A stretch of 64,000 bases of DNA from Octopus sinensis (Eukaryota). The stretch lies in the NCBI RefSeq assembly GCF_006345805.1, contig NC_043013.1, positions 15,314,001 to 15,378,000 of the forward strand, in the 5' to 3' direction. A model generated the notes under the pieces. The model was given only the letters and a program-made list of their open reading frames with translations, was not told where the DNA came from and searched no databases. Positions 52,977 through 64,000 of this stretch are shown here, one piece after another. The translations under genes and the position numbers were made by a program. Position 1 is the stretch's first letter, and the number at the start of each line of letters is the position of its first letter.

Positions 52977-54519
52977 TTAACTTATATCCACACCAGCGGT
53001 GAGCTGGCAGAGACATTAGCACGCCGGGCGAAATGCTTAACAGTATTTCGTCTGTCGTTACGTTCTGAGCTCAAATTCCACCGAGGTCGACTTTGCCTTT
53101 CATCCTTTCAGGGTCGATAAATTAAGTACCAGTTACGCACTGGGGTCGATGTAATCGACTTAATCCCTTTGTCTGTCCTTGTTTGTCCCTTCTATGTTTA
53201 GCCCCTTGTGGGTAGTAAAGGAAAAAAAAATATCCAAACCATGTAGGTATGGCTGTGTGGCTTGCTTCCCAGCCATGTGGTCTCAAGTTCAGTTCCACTG
53301 TGTAGCACCTTAGGCAAATATCTTCTACAACAGCCCTCGGATTAACCAAAGCATTCCAAGCGGGTTTGAGAAACCCATCATGTATATGTATATATATGTG
53401 TGTGTGTGTTTGTGTGTACCCTTGTCTTGACATCATGTAATAATTGCAAATGCACATCAGTATCATACAAGGGCTTTTCACTTCCAGTCTTTCATGCAAA
53501 ACATCTCAGGTAATGAGGAAATATTGCCATGCTTGGAAACAGGTGAGGGTTGGTGACAGGAAGGGCGTCCAACCACAAAAAAAGTCTACCTCAGTGAATT
53601 CCATCTAATCCATGCAATCATAGAAGAGTGGATGTTAAATGATGATGATGATGATTGTATATATGGCTGTCGGGTTATAAAGTTCACTTTGGAACCATGT
53701 GGCTTAAGAGTTAATTCTCAGTATGTTGATACTATCAACTGCTATCTTTTATTGTAGCTGTGAGTTGACCAGTGCCGTGTGAGTGAAATTTATTAGATAG
53801 AAACAAGAAGAAGCCTTTCATATATTTATACACACACACACACTTTATAAATATATGTTCATTTAATGTTTGCTTTTCCATATTAGCATGGAATGGGTTA
53901 ATTACTTGAGGTAGTATTTTATGGCCAGACTAACTCGTTTCAGATTAGAGGCATGCATGTGCGTGTTTGTGTATTTCCTTTGTCTTGACTTGTACGTGCT
54001 GACTGTAAACAAAGGTCAGTTAAAATCACTGTCATTTGTTTACAATCCTCCATGAAATTATGTCTCACCAATGAGCCATTTGTTGTTCAAAAGATGAGGA
54101 AATATCCACCCTGAATGGAGCACCAGTCTTTTACAACGTTACTCATTTTTTTAGCTCAGTGGAATGGAACAACATGAAATGAAGTGTTTTGTCCAAGAAC
54201 ACAATGCACTACCTGGTATGGGAATTGAAACCATGATTTTTGTGCTCATGAGTGCAATCCCCTAACCACTAGGCCACGCGTCTTCACTCAAATTTGTTTA
54301 TTGTAATTTTATTTTACCTTCAAGCACAAAGTTTATAAAAGAAATAGTTAACGATAATACAAAACACACTTGTACATTTAAAGAACACTTTAAAACAGGG
54401 GGGAAATTATCAAGCGGACAAATGTATGTTATAGTTAATAAAAATATGTGCACGAAACATATGACATGTATATACTATTGTGCACATAAACATATGTGTG
54501 TGTATAGATATACAATATG

Positions 54520-54581
54520 CATACATATATACACACACACACACACATATACATATTTACATACATATATATATGTGTGTG

Positions 54582-54652
<71 letters not shown>
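54520..54652. repeat. (TA)n/(CA)n microsatellite (representative of many)
   Basis: Long TA tract; similar tracts at 16868-16961, 21711-21756, 55914-55953, 56193-56253 and 56830-57010. Confidence 0.95.
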
Positions 54653-54655
<3 letters not shown>

Positions 54656-55911
54656 CAGATGAATATGGTACTTAAGTTAAAGGCACCAGAATTTGGTATG
54701 GTATTATCCATATAAATCAAATGGGGTGATTATAATCAAAATAAGCAACAAGGATTTGAAATCTCAAAGCTATGAGATAATGCAGGATTAATTTAAAACA
54801 ATGTAAATAAATAAGCATTACATTTGACAGAATAATGTGAATGCTAAAGGGCTGTATAAGAAACTTTTTTGACAGGAGTTGATCTTAATATGTGTTTCTG
54901 GAGACAGCTGTATTTATATAGTTAAGACGTGGTTGTTTTAATAAAAGTCTTTAGACAGGAGGTAATGGTCTTCTTATGTAGTTCTGGATGCGTATGGTTG
55001 AAGACAACTGCATAAACTAAGTGCTGAGCTCTAATTGTGAAGGGTACCTATGGAAGGGGTAGATCTAGGAAGATGTAGGATGGAGTTGTGAGAAAAGAAC
55101 TTTGGACACTGGACCTCACTGAGGAAATGACAAGGGACTGGGAGATGTGGGGATTTGCTGTACTTGAAAAGGTGTGTCAAGTAAAATTGGTGTCTTCCAT
55201 ATGTACAGGCTTGTCCTTTCAGATGCTGATGTCACATAAAAAGCACCTGTGCTAGTGCTGCGTAAATGCACCCATGCCAGTGCTACTTAAATGCACCTGT
55301 GCCAGTGCTGTGCAAATGCACTCGTGCCACTGGCACATAAAGGGTACCCCACATACTATTAAGTGGCTGGCATTAAGAATGGCATCCATGCCACAACAGA
55401 CAGTTGGAGTTTGGACAGTTCCCAGCTGGCCAGCTTCATCTGAAACTGTCCAACCTTTGCCAGCATGGAAAGCTGACATTAAATAAGGATGATGGTATAT
55501 GTATATATAAGGCGGCGAGCTGGCAGAATCATTAGCACTCTGGGCGAAATGCTCAGCGGTATTTCGTCTGCCACTACGTTCTGAGGTCAAATTCCGCCGA
55601 GGTCGACTTTGCCTTTCATCCTTTCGGGGTCGCAGTTACGCACTGGGGTCGATATACTCGACTTAATCCGTCTGTCTGTCCTTGTTTGTCCTCCCTGTGT
55701 TTAGCCCCTTGTGGGTAGTAAAGAAATAGAAATAGGTATATGTATATATAGGCACAGGCATGGCTGTGTGGTAAGAAGCTTGCTTCCCACCCACTGGGTT
55801 CTGGGTTAGGTCCCATTGTGTGGTGCCTTACACAAGTGTCTTCTACAGTAGCTTTGGGCTGACCAAAGCCTTGTGAGTGGATTTGGTAGATGGAAACTGA
55901 AAGAAGCTTGT

Positions 55912-55958
<47 letters not shown>

Positions 55959-56189
55959 ATATATTTATGTGTGAGTGTCTTTCTGTCTGTGTTACCCCAG
56001 CATTGTTTGATAACTGATGTTGGTGTGTTTATGTTCCCTTCAATCTAGCAGTTCAGATAAAGACACTGATAGAATAAGTACCAGGCTTACAATGAATAAG
56101 TCCTGGGGTTGATTTATTCAGCATAAATTCTTTAAGGTGGTGCTCTAGCATGGTCGCAGTCAAATGACTGAAACAAGTAAAAGAATAGA

Positions 56190-56251
<62 letters not shown>

Positions 56252-56255
<4 letters not shown>

Positions 56256-56523
56256 ATCAAAATAAAAACATGATGCGAAGGATTCAGCGGTACATATGTT
56301 TCGGGCCTTTATTAGACAGATTTATAACAATGCATAATGTATGTCTGTGGCCTTCTTCAGCCGCGCACAACAGCTTCCACAAGGACATGTCCTTGTGGAA
56401 GCTGTTGTGCGCGGCTGAAGAAGGCCACAGACATACATTATGCATTGTTATAAATCTGTCTAATAAAGGCCCGAAACATATGTACCGCTGAATCCTTCGC
56501 ATCATGTTTTTATTTTGATCAAT
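56252..56523. repeat. Perfect spacerless 272-bp palindrome
   Basis: The two 136-bp arms are exact reverse complements about the centre aaggaca|tgtcctt (56387/56388). The ORF track gives identical 73-aa peptides on both strands. Confidence 0.97.
56411..56488 (+). ncRNA. Type I hammerhead ribozyme motif (mirror copy on the minus strand at 56287-56364)
   Basis: GCGG-CTGAAGA-A-GGCC...GGCCC-GAA-ACATATGT-A-CCGC: stem I GCGG/CCGC, palindromic stem III, GUA triplet at 56482-56484. Confidence 0.65.
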
Positions 56524-56590
56524 TTACTCCACCACCTACACCACCAAACGGTATACACAGGTGCTTATAATTATCAAGTACTCACCCCGA

Positions 56591-56645
<55 letters not shown>

Positions 56646-56825
56646 CACACATATATACAATGGGTTTCTTTCAGTTTCTGTCAATGAAATCCACTTACAA
56701 GGTTCTGGTTGGCCTGAGGCTATAGTAGAAACAATTGCCCAATGTACTATACAGTGGGAGTGAACCCGGAATCATGTGGTTGGGAAGCAAGCCTCTTACC
56801 ATACAGTTAATATACCTGTGCGTTT

Positions 56826-56943
<118 letters not shown>

Positions 56944-56949
56944 TGTATT

Positions 56950-57004
<55 letters not shown>

Positions 57005-57287
57005 GCATGCATATATAGACCACACATACACATATATATGTATACATACATACACCCCACCCATAAATATATGTAAATTTGATTCGGTCTTTGAAAAGAA
57101 AGAGATTAACTCAGTTTAAGAACTATGCTGGGATGTTTATTGGGAAAATAAACATTGGTTCTCAAAAGTAGGTGAATAGAAAATTGTTAAAGAAACCTCA
57201 CCACTACTACAATGAATTTAAAGTACACATTCCTATTATGTAATATACCCGACATCAGATAGTTGTAATAACAAGGATGATGGTAAC

Positions 57288-57322
<35 letters not shown>

Positions 57323-60300
57323 AATAATAATGATAATAATAATAATAATAATACTGTGTAAAAGGAGAACAAGAACAATCACAACAACAACAACAACAAC
57401 AATAGGCTGTGTTCCTGACAGGATTACCTCACAAATGTCAATACTGAAATGACAAAACACTCTAAAGATATTCTCATATTTTACTTTCATGAGTTCTCGG
57501 TTAAAGAGTGAAAATATTTAAATAAATAAAAAGTAAAAAAAAAAAAAATAGATAGAAATGAAATAAAAGATATTTTCTGTGTGGATAAAGCAACAATAGA
57601 GTGTGGTGGAGAATATTATTATTATTATTATTTTTTTTTTCTTTTTATCGTTTTATTCTGTGTAAACTCCCACACTTTATATCTGTCTTGTTGTCTGTCC
57701 CCACTCATCTTTCACCCTGGTGGCAAATAAAAATAATCATCATCATCATCATCATCATTATTATTAGCATTCTGGGAAAAATTCTTAGCAGCATTTTGTC
57801 CAGTTTTACATTCTGAATTTAAATTCTGCCAAGACCAACTTTGCTCTTCGTCCTTTCGGTGGGTCAGTGAAATAAGTACCAGTTGCATGCTGGGATTGAT
57901 GTAATTGATTATGCCTCTCCGTCCAAAATTTCAGGCCCTGTTTCCTATTGTAGAAAAGATTAGGCGGCAAGCTGGCAGAAACGTTAGCACACCGGGCGAA
58001 ATGCGTAGTCGTATTTTGTCTGCCATTACGTTCTGAGTTCAAATTCCGCCGAGGTTGACTTTGTCTTTCATTCTTTCAGGGTCGATAAATTAAGTACCAG
58101 TTATGCACTGGTGTCAATATAATCGACTTAATCCGTTTGTCTGTCCTTGTTTGTCCTCTCTGTGTTTAGCCCCTTGTGGGTAGTAAAGAAATAGGTATTT
58201 CTCCCATCGCTATGTTCTGAGTTCAAATTCCGCCGAGGTTGACTTTGCCTTTCACTCTTTCGGGGTCGATAAAATAAGTACCAATTGTGTACTTAGGTCG
58301 ATGTAATTGACTGTCCCCACTCTCCCAAATTTCAGGCCTTGTACCTATAGTAGAAAGTATTATTATTATTATTATTATTATTTGGTGGTGAGTTGGCATT
58401 AGTGCATTGGACAAAATGCTTGGCTGCATTTCTTCAGATTCTTTACATTCTGGGTTCAAATTCTGCTGAGGTCAACTTGACTTTCATCCTTTTGGTGGGG
58501 TTGATAAAATAAGTGGCATTGAGCACTGGGGTCGATATAATTTGTTGCTAAGTTTGTGCCAGAATTTAAAATTTATTTTTGCTATTAGATAGCGAGTTGG
58601 CAAGAATCATGAATGCATCAGCCAACATTTTCTGTGGCACTTCTTTTGGCTCTATGTTCTGAGTTCAAATCTCACTGGCATCAGGTTCGGCTTTCATCCT
58701 TTTGGGAGTGGTAAAATAAAATACTAGTCAAATACTGGGATTGATGTAGTTGATTTTTCCCTCCCCTCGAAATTAGAGTTACATCACAACCATATGTGTA
58801 TGACATGGTGATCTCATATCAAGATAAACTATGCATGACCTTGCAAGTGGGATCCAGTTAGAATTTTCTTCAGGTCAAGTAGCTCATCCCACTCAAAAGG
58901 TCTACGAACAAAACACCCATGTTTCCTGAGGTGAATTATTCTGCCGAGGTCAGTTTTGCCTTTCATCTTTTTGAAGTTGATAAAATAAGTACCAGTTGAG
59001 CATGAGTCAATCTAATCGACTTATCCTCTCCCCTCAACATTGCTGGCCTTGTGACAAAATTTGAAACTGTTATCATCATCATCATCATCATTATTATTAT
59101 TATTATTAGGCATGCCCTTGTAGATTGAAGTACAACAGTTGGGTGAGGGCCCATGCCTTTGGTGGTCAGGGTGATCCTGGTTCTGTAGGTTTCATCGATT
59201 GGTCTTTGTTGGAGGTTCTCCTGTATCTGGAGAATTGCATCATTCATGTATTCACATATTTTGTATATTATGTTTACTTTTTATTTCATCTCTGCACCCC
59301 CTCTTCCCCCCCTATCTTTTATGTAACCCTCCACACAAATTATAAACTGTCCCTGTAATGATCCTCTCTCCTGATGCTACTATGACAAACAAAAGAAACT
59401 GTTATTATTATTATTCATTTGCATTGTTTATTTGCTTAAGTTACTATCAGGTTTATTACAAAAGTTATGATGTGTAGTTGTGACTTGAATGTCACAGAAT
59501 TATGTATGCATGAAACCTGAAGGCAAAACATCACAGATATAACCTTGTAACAGGGTCAGTACAATAATGTAAAAATAAATAGTCAGTACATCTGTTCATC
59601 GTGTTAATACACTGTTTCACAGGATGTGGTTATGTCTCTTTAATTTCTGAGTTGGAAGGCGGCGAGCTGGCAGAAACGTTAGCATGCCGGGCAAAATGCT
59701 GCGTAGCCGTATTTCGTCTGCCATTACATTCTGAGTTCAAATTCTGCCAAGGTCGACTTTGACTTCATCCTTTCAGGGTCAATAAATTAAGTACCAGTTA
59801 CGCACTGGGGTCGATGTAATCGACTTAATCCCTTTGTCTGTCCTTGTTTGTCCCCTCTGTGTTTAGCCCCTTGTGGGTAGTAAAGAAATAGGTATTTCGT
59901 CTGCCGCTACGTTCTGAGTTCAAATTCCGCCGAGGTCGATTTTGCCTTTCATCCTTTCGGGGTCGATAAATTAAGTACCAGTTACGCACTGGGGTCGATG
60001 TAATCGACTTAATCCCTTTGTCTGTCCTTGTTTGTCCCCTCTGTGTTTAGCCCCTTGTGGGTAGTAAAGAAATATATTTTCTGAGTTCAAATTCACCACA
60101 ATGACTAACTTTGCCACGGCCACGATTGGTTGGTGCTTTTTACACGCCACCGGCACAAGGGTCAGAGGAGACTGGCAAATGGCCACGATCGGTTGGTGCT
60201 TTTACGTGTCTCCGACACGGATGCCAGTCAGGCAGCGCTGGCATCTGCCACGTTCAGACGGTGCGACATTATTCCACAGTGAGTAATCTCAAGCAATCTG

Positions 60301-61206
60301 TTCCCATGTTAGCATGTATAACTCCAGACTGATCACTGCTTTGTCAGTTAATTTGGTTGATGGAAACATTGTGGAAGCCTGTCATTGTGTGTGTGTGTGT
60401 GTGTGTGTGTTTGAGTTTGTCTTCCAATACTGCTTGATAGCTCATGTTACTTTGTTTGTATCCCTGTAAATTAGGGATTTGGCAAAAGAGACTGACTGAA
60501 TAAGGACCAGACTTAAGAAAAAGAAAAGGAACCAGGGATGATTTATTCCACTAAACTCTTTGAGGCAGTGTCCAGAAGGACTGCAGTCCAATGACTGAAG
60601 CAAGTGAAAGTTAAATGACAAAAGATTTATTTTGTTTTTATATTGGCCTTCGGAAGGGCATTCAGCTGTAGAAACTCTGCCAGATCAGATTGGAGTCTGG
60701 TTCGCCAGCCCTCAGTCAAATCGTCCAACCCATGCTAGCATGGAAAGCGGACGTTAAATGATGATGATGATGATTAACAAATCCACCATAATTTACACAT
60801 TTTCCTATGTATTAAAATTTATGGATGTTTTTTTGCGTGTTTGTTTCTGAGAAATTTATCAGTTATTTGACACTATGAACAATTAGTAATTTTGCCCTCG
60901 GTACATTAGTAACATTGTCGCTGATAAGCTATTTATCAGTATGTAACAGTAGACCAGTAAACGTGTTGAATCTAGTAAGAGTCAACACATATTTTTCACT
61001 GTTATCTCTCTTTCACTCTCACTCTCTCTCTTTTTTGTTTTTCTCTGTTTCCAAAATTCAATTTATAATCATCTGAAACATTCTCAATAAATTACCTGAG
61101 CACAAAGGTTTTTTTTTAATTTTTCATTAAAAAAAAAGTTCAGAACTGCTATGAGTTCAGTACTCATGTTCTGTTACAGGTTGTTAACTTATCATGGAGA
61201 GAGAGA

Positions 61207-61240
<34 letters not shown>

Positions 61241-61609
61241 CAGACTTCTTTCAGTTTCTATCTATCAAATCCACTCACAAGGCTTTGGTCAGCCCAAGGT
61301 CATAGTAGAAGACACTTGCCAAGGGGTCACACAGTGGGACTGAACCTGGAACCATGTGGTTGGGAGGCAAGCTTCTTACCTCACGCACGCGCTCACACAC
61401 ACACACACACACACAGAGTTACACCTGGTTGGCTTCCGCATGGTTTCTGTCTATCAAATTCACTCAGAAGGCATTGGCCAGTCGGGAACTATAGTAGAAG
61501 ACACTTGCTCATGGTGGCATGCAGTGGGACTAAACCTGAAACCACATGGTTGCAACACTAACTCCTTAACCATGCAGCCATGTGTGCACCTATAGAGATA
61601 TAGTAAAAA

Positions 61610-61860
61610 GCACCTGTGCTGGTGCCATGTAAAAAGAACCCGTGTCATTGCCTCGTAAAAGACATCAGTGTTGGTGCCACATAGAAAGCACCTATGTTGG
61701 TGCCATGTAAAAAAACAACACATAAAAGACATCTGTGTTGGTGCCATGTCAAAGGCATCTATGTAGGTGTCATGTAAAAGTCATCTGTGTTGGTGCCACA
61801 TAAAAGACATCTGTGTTGGTGTCACATAGAAAGCACCTATGTTGGTGCCATGTAAAAAAC
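61610..61860. repeat. Minisatellite of the family-B internal unit
   Basis: About 8-9 degenerate copies of (tg)tgttggtgcca(c/t)(a/g)taaaa(a)g(ac)a(tc/cc). Confidence 0.75.
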
Positions 61861-62473
61861 AACTGTGTGCTTATGTTGTTTCTTAAACCTTTGACTCTTT
61901 AGTTTGCCATCTCTATTGAAATGAAAAATTCCTTTCGCTGAGGTTTGTAACAAATTGTATTACTGCACACACACACACACACACACACAGAAAAGAGATG
62001 GATGTTAAATGATATATATCATTCACCATGCTGGATTGCTGATATCTACAAGTTTTTTTCATTCTCTCTGTTTTCATCGTCATCATTTAACGTCCGCTTT
62101 CCATGCTAGCATGGGTTGGACGGTTCGACCGCGGTCTGAGAAGCCAGGAGGCTGCACCAGTCTGATCTGGCAGTGTTTCTACAGCTGGATGCCCTTTGTA
62201 ACGCCAACCACTCCATAAGTGTAGTGGGTGCTTTTTACGTGCTACCTACATTTAATTTTCTCTGATTCCTTTCTGTTGAAGAACATAGGCTCAAACCATA
62301 AAAGACTTTTCCATTTTCTTGAGCGTCAAACTAATACACTTGCTTGTTGTTCATACACCTGTCTTTGTCTTTTGTTTTTCTATAAATTTCAACTTTCTTT
62401 CCTTCTCCGAGCGTCTGCTAATACTTTACATGTGCCATGTCCTCGCGTTGTTGTTTTATTGTGTTTGTTCTTC

Positions 62474-62512
<39 letters not shown>

Positions 62513-63012
62513 AAGAATAATCTCAGGAAGCTGAACCTTTCAGGCAAGCTCGAGATACCTGGTACCTGGCTGTATTCAAGAAGACCCGTACCCTATACCC
62601 TGCAGCAGAAGTGTTGAGACTTATCCTCTGGTGGTGTAAAGCACTCATGGCGGTGCCATGTAAAAGCGCCTGTGTAGTGCCACTTAGAAGTGCCTGTGCA
62701 GCGGCATGTAAAAGCTCCTGTGTGGCAACACGTAAAAGTGTGACTCTTATGTGTGGCAACACGTAAAAGCATCCAGCACACTCTGTAATGTGGTTGACAT
62801 TAGGAAGGGCACCCACCATGCCAAATCAGACTGGAGTCTGGTGTATCCCCCTATCCCTAGGTGTATCCCATAGTTGAGTGTCTGAGTAGTACCTTATGTA
62901 ACTCAGGTACTCAACTGTGAGTTCACTGCATCTTATAGCAGATACAGCTTTAAGCTTATGAAGTTCATATGATAATAGTTTATTTCTTTGTCATCTCATT
63001 TTCTCTTATATA

Positions 63013-63863
63013 CAGGTTGCAGTGAATAAACTGTCTAAATTATGCAAAAATGAAACTAACACTGACATCTCATTTTAACAATATATTTACATAATATATA
63101 TTACATAAAAAATCTTGAAATATTAAAGAAACATTTTTTCAATAAAATCACCATTGGCTTCAACCAAGGTCTCCAGACAATTTTGGAAACTCTTCTGGAT
63201 GGTCTCCTTGTTTAAGTTGGTGAATGCTACCATAATCCTTGCCTTCAATTCATCTTTGGTGTTACAAGGAGTTTTGTTGGTCTCTCACTGAACTGCATCC
63301 TACACTTAATAATCAAGGGGGTTGGAGTCTGGGGAGTTGGGTGGCCAGATGTTAGGGGTGATGTGGTTGCAGAAATTGTCTGACAGCCATGACTAGGTTC
63401 TCCTGCTTGTGTCGCATGGTGCAGAGTCCAGTTGCCAGACATAGGGTCTTCCGGTAGCCACCCTCTTGACCCAGAGCAGCACTATCTCCTCCAGGCACTT
63501 GATGTGGGCCTCCATGTTGAGTCTGAGGCTGTGTGGGAAGATGAATAGAGGCATAACATCATCACTAGTGGTCACTCCAAACACTATGATGTTGACTGGA
63601 TGTTTGATTTTTATCACTCTCGGTACATGTCCTCAGATTGACACCCAGACACTCTGAAATGTTCTTATTGGAGCTTCTGGCACAACTGCCCAGCAGTACA
63701 GTATGTTGTTCTAAATGGCTGAGTGAATTGCATTATGGTACTGTTTTTTTCACAGATGGTGCCCAACTGACCCTACTATACTGTGTAGTCAGCAAAATCA
63801 AAAACAATGTGGAAGCATGAAATTAAAGATGTGTAATGGCAGCAATTTACTCATTGCACCCTA
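63013..63863 (-). mobile_element. Internally deleted maT (DD37D) Tc1/mariner remnant
   Basis: KHPVNIIVFGV...GRPYVWQLDSAP...WPPNSPDSNPLDY with 37 residues between the two Asp and several in-frame stops. Diverged TIRs TA|CAGGTTGCAGTGAATAAA and TA|TAGGGTGCAATGAGTAAA. Confidence 0.85.
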
Positions 63864-64000
63864 TATATATATGTACATGCACACACACATGTATGCGTAT
63901 ATACATGCATATATTTATGTCTATTTATGTATCTATATGTATATATACATGCATATGTATGTATATATGCAAATATCAAACTAAAGTTATAGAACAAACA

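Noticed and set aside
56270-56505. Identical 73-aa ORFs on both strands
   Set aside because: A consequence of the palindrome; no coding signature.

Overview
AT-rich, microsatellite- and SINE-dense animal genomic DNA. The repeat families look like coleoid cephalopod (Octopus-type) DNA; this is an inference. I reconstructed three protein-coding genes by hand from splice sites, reading phase and recalled homology. (1) An LRRC69-like leucine-rich-repeat gene on the minus strand: 8 coding exons, 13208 down to 272, 309 codons, with the last exon left of the window. (2) DHX38/PRP16, the spliceosomal DEAH helicase, on the plus strand: 19 coding exons, 13899-45617, 999 codons, head-to-head with (1) across about 690 bp. 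No further DHX38 exon was found in the last 18.4 kb. (3) An antisense, single-coding-exon type I membrane protein nested in that long intron (48577-50247, 556 aa: signal peptide, about 12 LRRs, LRRCT, FN3-like domain, TM, Tyr-motif tail). The introns hold several tRNA-derived and (GAT)n-tailed SINE families, CR1/L2, RTE and Dong/R4 LINE fragments, mariner/maT remnants and MITEs. The most unusual non-coding signals are a perfect, spacerless 272-bp palindrome (56252-56523) with a type I hammerhead-ribozyme fold in each arm, and a second family of Penelope-type minimal hammerhead motifs (40825-41025, decayed copy near 62270). No database search or folding program was run; all homology calls rest on recalled motifs.
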